DNA from: Candidatus Saccharimonadia bacterium
GTDB lineage: Bacteria; Patescibacteriota; Saccharimonadia; UBA4664
DNA: 64,000 nt
Assembly (NCBI GenBank): GCA_035544015.1
Contig: DATKIP010000076.1
Span: 64,299 to 128,298 of the forward strand
Reading direction: 5' to 3'
The translations under genes were made by a program, and so were the position numbers. Positions 37,068-46,567 of the stretch are shown here, piece after piece (the first letter of the stretch is position 1; each line of letters starts with the position of its first letter). The notes below the pieces were generated by a model. It saw nothing but the letters and a program-made list of their open reading frames with translations, made no database searches and had not been told where the DNA came from.

Positions 37068-38105
37068 CTAAGGCAGCACGAGCGCGTCACGCTCGCGGCG
37101 CAGCGTAAAATTGGAGCCCGGCGGCTGCATTAAGCCGGCTTGGGTCGTGACCGCCGTGAGGTACCCGGCCGCCCGCGCTATCTGGATGCTCGTGTCGTTA
37201 TAGGTGCCGTAGGGATAGGCGAAATGCTTCACCGCGTGGCCGAGCTGGGCCTCGAGCTGCTGCTTGCCATCCGCGATCTCGAGCTGCTGCTCGGCCGCCG
37301 GTAACGCTGCCAGGTTGCGGTGGTTGACGGTGTGGCCGCCGATGGTGATGAGGCCGCCCCGGTCGAGCTCGCGAATCTGATCCCACGTCAAATACGCGTC
37401 GCCACAGCCACCCCGCGGCTGGAGCGCGTCGCCGTAGCGCCGGCCGGCACCAATGCACCACTTGCTCTGCGCTCCGCCGGTGATGATGTAGAACGTTGCC
37501 TTCATGTGGTGGCGTTTCAGGGTATCAACCGCCGCGGTTTGGGCCGCAAAGCCGTCGTCGAAGGTAATCACCACCGGCTTGGGCGGCAGGGCTTCGCCGC
37601 GTAGCCCGGCCAACGCCTGGTCCAGGTCGATCACGGTGTAGCCGTACTGTTCCAGGTGCTCCAGCTGCTGCTCAAAATTGGCCGGGGGATAGTGATACAA
37701 CAAAATCGGCAACCCCACACCGGCCGCCGGCATCGCTCCGCCGGCCGTCGCCGTCCCACTGCCCTTGCCGCTGAGCTCAAAATTCCAGTTGGCCAGCGAT
37801 TGCTGCAGGCCGCGAATATCCGTCGCGGCCATCGCGAAGTGCCCGCTCTCGGCGTCGAGCTGGATCACCGACAGCTGACGGCTAAGCTCGTCTTCGGATA
37901 CCACCTGGGAATGAAGGTCGCGCTGCAGCCCCTCGAATTGGTGTACCGACTGTACCACCCGGCCATAAGCCATGCGCAGATCGGCCGGGTAGCTGGTGCT
38001 GCTAGCCAGGCTCACCGAGGCGTGCGGCCAGGTGGCCACCACTACCACCGCGCTGGCGAGCAATGCTCCTGCCACCCCTGCAAACCGTAACCAACGCAAT
38101 ATCAT
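37068..38105 (-). CDS. Membrane-anchored/secreted polysaccharide deacetylase (NodB family)
   Basis: PILLYH, VITFDDG, GGHTVNH, FAYPYG; N-terminal TM. Confidence 0.88.
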   Translation of the reverse strand: MILRWLRFAGVAGALLASAVVVVATWPHASVSLASSTSYPADLRMAYGRVVQSVHQFEGLQRDLHSQVVSEDELSRQLSVIQLDAESGHFAMAATDIRGLQQSLANWNFELSGKGSGTATAGGAMPAAGVGLPILLYHYPPANFEQQLEHLEQYGYTVIDLDQALAGLRGEALPPKPVVITFDDGFAAQTAAVDTLKRHHMKATFYIITGGAQSKWCIGAGRRYGDALQPRGGCGDAYLTWDQIRELDRGGLITIGGHTVNHRNLAALPAAEQQLEIADGKQQLEAQLGHAVKHFAYPYGTYNDTSIQIARAAGYLTAVTTQAGLMQPPGSNFTLRRERDALVLP

Positions 38106-38128
38106 CCATTTCAGTATATGATTCCCGT

Positions 38129-39409
38129 ATGAATCCGCAAAACATTCTCATCATCGGCAGCGGCGGCCGCGAACACGCCCTCGCCTGGAAGATTGCCCAG
38201 TCGCCCCGGCTCGGTAGGCTCTACGTCGCCCCCGGCAACCCCGGCACCGCCGCTATTGCCACCAATGTTGATCTCAAAGCGACCGACAAAGACGGCCTTG
38301 TGGCCTTCGCCCGCGCTCACGACATCGGCCTCACCATCGTCGGCCCCGACGACATCCTGGCGCTCGGCCTGGTCGACGCCTTTGCCGCCGCTGGTTTACG
38401 CGCCTTTGGCCCCACGCAGGCCGCCGCCCGCATCGAGTCTTCCAAAGCCTTCAGTAAACAATTAATGACCACCAGCCACATTCCCACCGCCGCTTTTGCC
38501 ATCTTCAACGACCTGGCCGCCGCCAAGGCCCATCTGGCTCAGCAAACCTTTCCGCTCGTGATCAAGGCCAGCGGTCTTGCCCTGGGCAAAGGCGTGTACA
38601 TCACCCAGAATCTGGCCGAGGCCGAGCAGGCGTTGGGCGAAATTATGGGCGACAAAATCTTTGGCGAGGCCGGTTCGAGCGTCGTGATCGAAAGCTTTTT
38701 AACCGGCCAAGAGGTGTCGATTCATGCCTTTAGCGACGGCCACAGCGCCGCGCTATTTCCGCCGGCCCAAGATCACAAAACTATTTTCGACGGCGATAAA
38801 GGCCCCAATACCGGCGGCATGGGCGCGTTTGCACCGGTGCCATGGGTGGAGCCGGCGCTCATGGAGCGCGTCAAAGCCACCGTCGTTGAGCCGGCTCTGG
38901 CCGGCCTGGCCGCCGCCGGTTCACCCTTCGTGGGGCTGCTCTATCCCGGCCTCATGGTCGATGGCGACGACATCCAAGTGCTCGAGTACAATGCCCGTTT
39001 CGGCGATCCCGAGACCCAAGTGTACCTGCGCCTGCTCGAAACCGACCTCATGGACGTTCTCGATGCCTGTGTCGACGGCCGCCTGGCCGAGCTGGAGATC
39101 GAGTGGAGCCCGCAGACGGCCGTAGTGGTGGTGCTGGCCTCGCCCGGTTATCCCGGCAAGCCCACCACCGGCCAGGCCATCACCGGCCTCGAGGCCGCCG
39201 CGGCCCTTCCCGGCGTCGAGATTTTTCACGCCGGCACCAAGGCCGCAGACGGCCAGCTGCTCACGGCCGGCGGCCGCGTGCTCGGCGTGAGTGCCGTTGG
39301 CGCCGATGTAGCCGACGCCCGCGCCAGAGCCTACGCCGCCGTCAAACTCATCCACTTCGACGGCCTGCAATACCGCACCGACATCGGCGCCAAGGCGCTG
39401 CCGCGGTGA
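38129..39409 (+). CDS. purD: Phosphoribosylamine-glycine ligase
   Basis: GSGGREHA, KASGLALGKGV, GPNTGGMG, EYNARFGDPETQ, GGRVL. Confidence 0.97.
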   Translation: MNPQNILIIGSGGREHALAWKIAQSPRLGRLYVAPGNPGTAAIATNVDLKATDKDGLVAFARAHDIGLTIVGPDDILALGLVDAFAAAGLRAFGPTQAAARIESSKAFSKQLMTTSHIPTAAFAIFNDLAAAKAHLAQQTFPLVIKASGLALGKGVYITQNLAEAEQALGEIMGDKIFGEAGSSVVIESFLTGQEVSIHAFSDGHSAALFPPAQDHKTIFDGDKGPNTGGMGAFAPVPWVEPALMERVKATVVEPALAGLAAAGSPFVGLLYPGLMVDGDDIQVLEYNARFGDPETQVYLRLLETDLMDVLDACVDGRLAELEIEWSPQTAVVVVLASPGYPGKPTTGQAITGLEAAAALPGVEIFHAGTKAADGQLLTAGGRVLGVSAVGADVADARARAYAAVKLIHFDGLQYRTDIGAKALPR

Positions 39410-39807
39410 AACCCCTCGCCGGCTGCGTCGTCACCAACCCTGCCGGCGATCTGCTGCTGATCCACCGCACCACCCCCGAGCTCACCCAATGGGAGCTGCC
39501 CGGCGGCAAAATCGAGCCCGGGGAGTCGGCTGCCGCCGCGGCCGTGCGCGAAGCCCGCGAGGAACTCGGCGTTGAAACGGCCATCGTGCGCGAACTCGGC
39601 GCCGCCACCTTTGACCACGCCGCTCGCAGCTGGCACTACACGTGGTTCCTCGCCCGCATCACGGCCGGCGAGCCCCGCCCGGTCGAAGCCAAATTCGACG
39701 CCGTCGGCTATATTCCTTGGGCAGACCTCGCCGCCCGCACCGATATTTCCATTAACATCCGCAATCTCATCGCCCAATTCCCCGATCCACCCCACAAAGT
39801 TACCTGA
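39406..39807 (+). CDS. NUDIX hydrolase
   Basis: WELPGGKIEPGES..AAVREAREELG Nudix box; GTGA overlap with purD. Confidence 0.9.
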   Translation: MKPLAGCVVTNPAGDLLLIHRTTPELTQWELPGGKIEPGESAAAAAVREAREELGVETAIVRELGAATFDHAARSWHYTWFLARITAGEPRPVEAKFDAVGYIPWADLAARTDISINIRNLIAQFPDPPHKVT

Positions 39808-39859
39808 CATTTGTCATGCCCGTGAAATGTCAGTAAAATCAGTGCACCAACGGGCCTAC

Positions 39860-40510
39860 CTAAGCCGCCGCCTGCTGAGCTTCCAAAAACTTCTTGCCCT
39901 TGCCGATCTTCGTATTCACCGGCACGCCCCTGGCGCACAGCTCGCATTCCTCGGCCGGCCACGAAACCACGTTAGTCTCGATTAGCGACACAAAATTGGG
40001 CGGGTTGCCGACGTCCGCGACGCTCACGCCCCCGCGATTGAGCATGGCCACCACTCCCACAACCTCACCGCCCGTTTCTCGCACTAGTTCCACGACCTTG
40101 CGCACCGATCCGCCAGTGGTGAAGTTATCTTCCACCACCACCACGCGCTTGCCCGCAACGAGCTTGTCGTAGCCGCGCGTAAAAGCAAACTTCTTCTCTG
40201 GTCCTTCCACTTTTTCCGCGTACACCGCCAGTGCCTCACGCCCGAGTAATGTGCTCAAATGATACCCGGTCCATTGTGTCAGCACGATGCCGCCGAGCGC
40301 CGGACTCGCCACCACCTCCACGTTCCAGTCGCGCATGGCTTCGGCCATCGCCTCGCCCAAACGCGACGAATATTCAGTATGCGGGTACAGCGCATCTTTG
40401 TTGATGTAGCTATCGGTGTGCCGCCCGTTGGTGAGAACAAAATGATCGTTTTCAAGCCAGGCATTGCTATCGATAAGCATCTGCTTTAGTTCATCTGCCG
40501 TCATACTCAC
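39860..40510 (-). CDS. pyrE: Orotate phosphoribosyltransferase
   Basis: HFVLTNGRH, VVVEDNFTTGGS PRPP motif; downstream of pyrF. Confidence 0.9.
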   Translation of the reverse strand: MSMTADELKQMLIDSNAWLENDHFVLTNGRHTDSYINKDALYPHTEYSSRLGEAMAEAMRDWNVEVVASPALGGIVLTQWTGYHLSTLLGREALAVYAEKVEGPEKKFAFTRGYDKLVAGKRVVVVEDNFTTGGSVRKVVELVRETGGEVVGVVAMLNRGGVSVADVGNPPNFVSLIETNVVSWPAEECELCARGVPVNTKIGKGKKFLEAQQAAA

Positions 40511-41310
40511 GCGCGGGTCTCCTTCCGGTACCGGTTAATCTCATCACGCAAGTCCACTGCCGCGGCCCGCGGGTCATCAGCAAAGATCACCACGCGCGAC
40601 GTGCTGATCGTCATGGCCGCCTGCCCGTCCTGGCCCAGTCCGGCCCGCACCGCGTCTGCCACGCTGCCGCCCTGCGCGCCCACGCCCGGCACCAAAATCG
40701 GCAATTCCGCCCCCACGATCGCCCGCACCGCCTGCAATTCCTCCGGGTACGTCGCCCCCACCACCAGCGCACAGTTGCCGCGCGTATTCCAGGCGTCGGC
40801 TACCTGCTGCGCCACGTGCTGATACAGCGGCCGGCCCTCCACTACCAAATCCTGAAATTCACCCGCCCCCGGATTCGACGTCCGGCATAGCACAATGATG
40901 CCCTTATCATCCCATTCCAAGAATTTCCCGAGCGACTCCGCGCCCATATACGGCGCCACGGTCACCGCATCTGCGCCCAAATACTCAAACACATACTCCG
41001 TGTAGCCGGCGTTGGTGTTGCCGATGTCCCCGCGCTTAGCGTCAAAAATAATCGGAATCTCGGGGTGCTCGGCGCGCAGGTAGTCGCACGTTTGCTTGAG
41101 TGCCTCAATTCCCTCGGCCCCGTGCGCTTCATAAAACGCCGCGTTGGGCTTGTAGGCACACACCAGATCGTGCGTCGCCTCGATGATTGCCTTATTAAAC
41201 GCAAACTGGCCCACACCGCGCGGCAGCTTCGCGTACCCCGGATCAAGCCCCACACACAAGAGCGAATCTGATCGCTCCACGGCCCGCTTCAGCTTTTCGG
41301 AAAATTTCAT
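40507..41310 (-). CDS. pyrF: Orotidine-5'-phosphate decarboxylase
   Basis: LCVGLDP, DAKRGDIGNT, CRTSNP, VVGAT, LVPGVGAQGG; real start ATG at 41310. Confidence 0.95.
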   Translation of the reverse strand: MKFSEKLKRAVERSDSLLCVGLDPGYAKLPRGVGQFAFNKAIIEATHDLVCAYKPNAAFYEAHGAEGIEALKQTCDYLRAEHPEIPIIFDAKRGDIGNTNAGYTEYVFEYLGADAVTVAPYMGAESLGKFLEWDDKGIIVLCRTSNPGAGEFQDLVVEGRPLYQHVAQQVADAWNTRGNCALVVGATYPEELQAVRAIVGAELPILVPGVGAQGGSVADAVRAGLGQDGQAAMTISTSRVVIFADDPRAAAVDLRDEINRYRKETRA

Positions 41311-41328
41311 GCTACCATTTAAGCTAAC

Positions 41329-42423
41329 ATGCAACCCGTGAACCAACAACCTATCTACGATCCCGCCAAGACCTACGCCTACAATTTTAAGAAAGGTCCG
41401 TTTGGCGAATTTGCCATGCCCACGCGCTATCACAACAAAGGCGCCATGCCGTTTACCTTTCTCGGACGCCCGATCTTCTCGCCGTTTGGCATTCCTGCCG
41501 GCCCGCTGCTCAACGCCAAATATGTTGCGGCCGCCCTCGCCAAGGGCTTCGACGTGGTCGTCTACAAAACCCAGCGCTCCGCCAAATTTGAGCCCAACAA
41601 ATTCCCCAACGTCCTCTACGTCGACGTCGACGGCGACCTCACGCTCGAAAAAGCCGCCCATCCGCTGGTCGGCCACACCACCACCCATCGGCCGCCCACG
41701 GAGCTCACCATCACCAACTCCTTTGGCATGCCTTCCGGCGGCCCCGATTTTTGGCTGACCGATTTTCGCCATGCGCTGGCGGCACAGGGCCGCGGCCAGC
41801 TCGTGATTTTGAGTGTGGTTGGCACCATCCGGCCCGGCTTTAGCCAAGACGATTACTACAACGACTTCGCCGCCACCGCCAAGCTCGGCGCCGACGCCGG
41901 CGCATCCGTCATCGAGGTCAATCTCTCGTGCCCCAACGTCGCCAACGAGGGCGTCATTTGCTACACCCCGCCGGCCGTCGCCGAAATCTGCCGCCGCGTC
42001 AAAGCCGCCGTCGGTTCCGTGCCCCTCATCACCAAAATCGGCTACTACACACCGCAGCAGCAAGCCCTGCTCGAAACCGTTGTGAAGGAGATGGCGCCGT
42101 ACGTGGATGCCATCTCCGCCATCAACACCATCGCTGCGCCCATCGTCGACGAGCACGGCGAGCAAGCGCTGCCCGGCCCCAACCGCCTCCGCAGCGGCAT
42201 GTGCGGCGCCGGCATCAAGTGGGCCGGCCTCGACATGGTTCGCCGCCTCGCCGCCCTGCGCACCAAACTCGGCCTCAGCTACGAAATCGTCGGCGTCGGC
42301 GGCGTGATGACCCCGGCCGACTACCGCCAGTACCGCGACGCCGGCGCCGATCTCGTGCAATCCGCCACCGGCGCCATGTGGAACCCCGATCTCGCCATCG
42401 ACATCAAAGCCGCCGGTTTATAA
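41329..42423 (+). CDS. pyrD: Dihydroorotate dehydrogenase family protein
   Basis: GIPAGP, KT, TNSFGMPS, NLSCPN, INT, GVGG; lies between pyrF and pyrC. Confidence 0.8.
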   Translation: MQPVNQQPIYDPAKTYAYNFKKGPFGEFAMPTRYHNKGAMPFTFLGRPIFSPFGIPAGPLLNAKYVAAALAKGFDVVVYKTQRSAKFEPNKFPNVLYVDVDGDLTLEKAAHPLVGHTTTHRPPTELTITNSFGMPSGGPDFWLTDFRHALAAQGRGQLVILSVVGTIRPGFSQDDYYNDFAATAKLGADAGASVIEVNLSCPNVANEGVICYTPPAVAEICRRVKAAVGSVPLITKIGYYTPQQQALLETVVKEMAPYVDAISAINTIAAPIVDEHGEQALPGPNRLRSGMCGAGIKWAGLDMVRRLAALRTKLGLSYEIVGVGGVMTPADYRQYRDAGADLVQSATGAMWNPDLAIDIKAAGL

Positions 42424-42460
42424 ACCGTAACCACGCGACGCTCGCTCCCCACTAAGCCCC

Positions 42461-42561
42461 ACTATTCCACTTCTCGGAATAGTCGCACAATATCATAAAA
42501 TTTAGGCTTAGCGAAGCCATAATTCGACATAAATCCTCAACTATTCCAGAAAATGGAATAG
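42461..42561. repeat. Dispersed double-palindrome element, copy 2
   Basis: ACTATTCC-ACTTCTC-GGAATAGT, 56 nt, ACTATTCC-AGAAAAT-GGAATAG. Confidence 0.85.
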
Positions 42562-42585
42562 CTGTCATACGCGTATCCCGAAGCC

Positions 42586-43638
42586 CTATACCAGCCGTCC
42601 GCTCCCTGGCGCCGCCAGCACCACGCCGTCCTCGTACACCACGGCGCCTCGTAGCGTCACGCGCTTCACCCGCCCGAAGCCGGTTCGGCCCGCAAACGGC
42701 GTCCAGGCCGCCCGCGACTGCATGCCCTCGGCACTCATTTCAAAACCCACCGGCTCCACCTCCACGAAGGTATCGGCCTCCTCGGCCAGCCCCAGCACTC
42801 GGCGCGGACCGTCCGCCAGCTTGGCCACCAGCTGCGCCCGCGTCAGGCGCCCGTCGCGCTCGGCGGCCAGCATCAGCGGCAGGGTAGTTTCGAGCCCAGG
42901 AAAGCCAAAAGTCCCGGCCTCTTTCTCGGCCTTGGTGTGCGGTGCGTGGTCCGATTCCACCACATCGATCTCGTCGAAATGCTCCCACAAGTAATCCACA
43001 TCCGCCTGCGGTTTCAGAGCCGGCCGCACCTCGCCGTAGTTCCCCAAGCGCCGCGCGTCGGCCTCGTTCAAAAACAAATGATGCGGCGTCACCCCGCACG
43101 TCACATCCACGCCCTCAGCCTTGGCGCGCAAAATCGGTTCCAATTCGGCCCGGTTCGATACATGACACACATGCACCCGCTGATCGAGAGCTTTCGCTAC
43201 CCCCAGTGCCGTCACGATCACGTCCGCCTCGGCATGCAGCAAAATCGGCTTGGCGTGGCCCCAAGCCTTGAAAATCCGTTCCAAATAATCCGCATCAATC
43301 CTGTACCCACCGGTCGTCACGTTCAAGTACAGCTTCAGGCCGCTGACGCGATCCATGATGGCGGGGAATTCATCCAAATTATCCCCCAGGGAACCAAAAT
43401 AAAACCCCGTGTCACACACAATTTTGCCTCGAGCACTAGCCATCTTTTCGTCCAGCACCGCCGCGGTGGTCACGGGCGTAGCGTTGTTGGGCATATCAAA
43501 CACCCGCGTAAATCCACCGGCCAGAGCCGCCGCCGTACCGGAGCCAAAGTCTTCTTTGTGGGTCTGGCCGGGATCGCGCAGGTGGACATGAATATCAATC
43601 AAACCGGGCAAACGAATAAGTGGAGAAGAAGTTGTCAT
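42586..43638 (-). CDS. pyrC: Dihydroorotase
   Basis: PGLIDIHVHLRDPG, DMPN, HVCHVS, PHHL, SDHAPH; alternative ATG at 43647. Confidence 0.93.
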   Translation of the reverse strand: MTTSSPLIRLPGLIDIHVHLRDPGQTHKEDFGSGTAAALAGGFTRVFDMPNNATPVTTAAVLDEKMASARGKIVCDTGFYFGSLGDNLDEFPAIMDRVSGLKLYLNVTTGGYRIDADYLERIFKAWGHAKPILLHAEADVIVTALGVAKALDQRVHVCHVSNRAELEPILRAKAEGVDVTCGVTPHHLFLNEADARRLGNYGEVRPALKPQADVDYLWEHFDEIDVVESDHAPHTKAEKEAGTFGFPGLETTLPLMLAAERDGRLTRAQLVAKLADGPRRVLGLAEEADTFVEVEPVGFEMSAEGMQSRAAWTPFAGRTGFGRVKRVTLRGAVVYEDGVVLAAPGSGRLV

Positions 43639-43666
43639 GCCGCCCATTATAGCGCAATGGTCTGCC

Positions 43667-43700
43667 CCGCCGCCCGCCCCATGATCGGGACGGGCGGCGG
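43667..43700 (-). terminator. GC-rich hairpin downstream of the G1 peptidase gene
   Basis: CCGCCGCCCG..CCC-ATGAT-CGGGACGGGCGGCGG. Confidence 0.6.
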
Positions 43701-43710
43701 AACGCTCCGG

Positions 43711-44451
43711 CTAGCTGCAGCCGGACCAGGCGGTCGTGAACGTATCGGCACGCGCCGCCGTCACATGCGAGATCACGTTCCCGGCGCGTCCCAGCGTGGA
43801 CACCAACACCGAGCCCGTGTTGTAGGCCGGTACCCAGCGGCCCGAGCGCACTGCTTGGGCCCTCGTGAAGGTGATCGGCCGGTACTGCGCCAGCGGCGCC
43901 CCCGCCTTCGGGTAGTTCGGCCGTTCCACGACGTAGTCGGCCGTTTTGGCGTTGTAGTAGCGGGCCGCGTTCGTGATTCGGCGTGTTACCACCTTTCCGG
44001 TCGTCAGGTTGGCCCAGTAGAACGTGAGGACCGTCCCGTGACTCGCGAATTCGAAGCCGAAGCGCAGCTTGTTGCCCGGGCGGGTCGCCAGCGCAATGCC
44101 GGCCACCGGCCCATTGCCGTTGCGGTCAAACACCTCCCACCACACGCCGACCCCCTGCGGGGTCACGGTGAAGCCGTTCTGGGCGAACGGCAGGCTGCCC
44201 CAGCCGCCGAGGCCCACGTACACCGCCACCGCCGAGCCGGTCCCGCACGCCGTAGTGACGCTGGGTACGACGACGTCGGCCGTGATCTTGGTGTAGCCGC
44301 CGCCCCCGTCCACGAGGCCGGCCCAGTGGCCGCTGTAGCTCTGCGAGGTCGCATCGGCCGCCGGCGCTCCGAGCCCGGCAATCGCCAGGATCGTAGCCAC
44401 AGCCACGATGGCTGCCCCCAACCGACGCCAGTGGTATTGGAACTTGCGCAT
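43711..44451 (-). CDS. Secreted glutamic peptidase, family G1 (peptidase A4)
   Basis: Signal peptide; SGHWAG, YVGLGG, catalytic Q (AQNG), WWE, catalytic E (ADYVVERP), LAQY..ITF. Confidence 0.75.
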   Translation of the reverse strand: MRKFQYHWRRLGAAIVAVATILAIAGLGAPAADATSQSYSGHWAGLVDGGGGYTKITADVVVPSVTTACGTGSAVAVYVGLGGWGSLPFAQNGFTVTPQGVGVWWEVFDRNGNGPVAGIALATRPGNKLRFGFEFASHGTVLTFYWANLTTGKVVTRRITNAARYYNAKTADYVVERPNYPKAGAPLAQYRPITFTRAQAVRSGRWVPAYNTGSVLVSTLGRAGNVISHVTAARADTFTTAWSGCS

Positions 44452-44691
44452 TGACGTTCCCCCGTCCGGTCGTGCATCTCGGCCTAGTGCCGAAATGCCG
44501 TCACGCGCTTGCACCCACTTTGCAGTTCGCCAAAATCTGCGCCGAGAGGCCCAAAATTCACGGTGAACTCCCAAATGGGAGACAAACCATAACTCAAAAG
44601 GGGGCTTCCGTCAAGATTCAGCCGGAAAGCAACGAACGAGATTGCGGGAGAGGTCGTCAGATGGCGGGGCCTCAAGTTATAATATGGTCAC

Positions 44692-45132
44692 ATGACCTAC
44701 AAAGTTCACACCATCGATCATATTGGAATAGTTGTTCACGACTTTGATGGAGCGAAAGCGTTTTTCGAAGATTTCGGTTTCATTACCCGGGGCGAGCAAT
44801 TCGAGGAAAGCGAGCTGCTAGACAAGGTAGTGGGGGTCAAAGGCGCTAAATCCCACATCGCCTTTATGGAGGCGCCCCACGCCCAGATAAACATCGAGCT
44901 TACCGAGTTTATTCATCCCATGACTCCATCCGTCGTAGAAGCTAATCACATCTATACGCAGGGTATACAACATATCTGCCTGGCGGTCGAAGACGTTGAT
45001 GGAATCATTGAATCTGTAAAACAAAAAGGCAGAGAACTCATAACGGACGTCATAAACTACCAAGATATCTATAAATTGTGCTATTTCCGTGGCCCTGATG
45101 GCATAATCATTGAGCTAGCAGAGAAGCTATAA
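44692..45132 (+). CDS. VOC/glyoxalase family protein
   Basis: IDHIGIVV, IELTEF, QHICLAVED, GPDGIIIEL. Confidence 0.9.
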   Translation: MTYKVHTIDHIGIVVHDFDGAKAFFEDFGFITRGEQFEESELLDKVVGVKGAKSHIAFMEAPHAQINIELTEFIHPMTPSVVEANHIYTQGIQHICLAVEDVDGIIESVKQKGRELITDVINYQDIYKLCYFRGPDGIIIELAEKL

Positions 45133-45155
45133 AAAAACAGGCTCAGGAGTCAAAC

Positions 45156-45470
45156 ATGCCTATTTATTATGAAGTCAAAATCAGCGCCGAAAATCAGGGT
45201 CAAGCCGATAAAATTGTGGATTCACTTCTCGAAAAGAAGTTAGTAACCGGCGGTCAATTCATCGTCGCGCCGGCACGGTTTCTCTGGAAGGGCAAAGTCG
45301 AGAACATGGACTACATCACTATTACTTCTTATACGACCGACAGGCACAAAGACGGGGTAATGGATGACGTTCGCAGAACCACGGCTGAAGATGTTCCTAT
45401 GATTACATTCGTTGCGCCCGACGACCTTAATCAAGAGCTTCGGGACTGGATAGATAAAACGCTCGCATAG
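45156..45470 (+). CDS. cutA: Divalent-cation tolerance protein CutA-like
   Basis: LLEKKLV, WKGKVE, DVPMI, N.E...WI. Confidence 0.7.
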   Translation: MPIYYEVKISAENQGQADKIVDSLLEKKLVTGGQFIVAPARFLWKGKVENMDYITITSYTTDRHKDGVMDDVRRTTAEDVPMITFVAPDDLNQELRDWIDKTLA

Positions 45471-45731
45471 CCGTAATTGTTTGGTATTTGTACGGTAAAT
45501 CAGATATAATAGTGATGGTGCAATTGTCTCGGAGTTCCAGCACCTGGCCACCAGCAGAATATCAAGATATCACAACTGGTTAACCTAATTATAGGATCTG
45601 CGCTATTTTCAAACAAGCAATAAGTGCAATGGTAGGCCAGACGTCCCAAATGTGGAACACTTTGTGGCCAAGTTTGATCAAGATGAGCGAGCGGCTTGAA
45701 GAGCTAGGCATCGGCGAGGAGGAGGGGAGCC

Positions 45732-46214
45732 ATGTTTAATCTCTTCCGCCGCCGCACCAATCCGGCCGCCATCCTCACTTCCAAACTGTACGACGAAAGC
45801 CGTTTCTACGCCGCCCTCACTAACGACTTAAAGCGCGTCAAACGCGAAGTCGTCATCGAGAGCCCCTACCTCACCTGCAAACGCACCAGCGAGCTTCTGC
45901 CGCTCCTATCGAAGCTCGTCCGCCAAGGCGTGAGGGTGCGCATTAATACCCGCAACCCCAACCACCACGAAGAGTACATGCGCATCCAAGCCTGGATGGC
46001 CCTCAAGCAGCTCCGCGCCGCCGGCGTCAAGGTCAGAACCTGCGACGACTACCGCCACCGCAAACTCGCCATCATCGACGGCGCCATCCTCTGGGAGGGC
46101 AGCCTCAACATCCTCTCCCAAAACAACAGCCGCGAAATTATGCGCCGCACCCAGTCCGAAGAACTCTGCCGGCAGATGATCCAGTTCACCGGCCTCAACA
46201 AATGGGCGTGGTGA
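45732..46214 (+). CDS. Stand-alone phospholipase D-family (HKD) nuclease-like protein
   Basis: IESPYL, HRKLAIIDG....GSLN. Confidence 0.85.
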   Translation: MFNLFRRRTNPAAILTSKLYDESRFYAALTNDLKRVKREVVIESPYLTCKRTSELLPLLSKLVRQGVRVRINTRNPNHHEEYMRIQAWMALKQLRAAGVKVRTCDDYRHRKLAIIDGAILWEGSLNILSQNNSREIMRRTQSEELCRQMIQFTGLNKWAW

Positions 46215-46221
46215 TATACTC

Positions 46222-46440
46222 ATGACTAATATGCACGACTACAAAATCACCGAAAAAGACATCGACGCCATGGTCAACTACCTGCGCATCTTCCACCCCG
46301 AAAACGCCAACCGGGAATACGCTGTCGAGCTCTTCAAATACCTCAAAGCCACTGCACGCCGTATGGCATTTACCGACCCCGAGGCGCTCAACAAAATTTA
46401 TGATGATTACGAAAGTTCTAAGAAAGGAAGCAGGCCATGA
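46222..46440 (+). CDS. Small hypothetical protein
   Basis: 72-aa ORF with host-like codon usage. Confidence 0.6.
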   Translation: MTNMHDYKITEKDIDAMVNYLRIFHPENANREYAVELFKYLKATARRMAFTDPEALNKIYDDYESSKKGSRP

Positions 46441-46567
46441 CTCAAGCGAAAAATCAGCCCGGCGCCCAATAGACTCATGCGCGACAGCCATACGGCAGGA
46501 TAAAGCCATGGATAAGTCCAAGCCCAGGCGGTAAAATCTGAGACACACTATCTGGAAGGATTGGTTG

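Noticed and set aside
41311-42360. Apparent 350-aa N-terminal extension of PyrF (617-aa ORF)
   Set aside because: It is the antisense frame of pyrD; PyrF homology starts at ATG 41310
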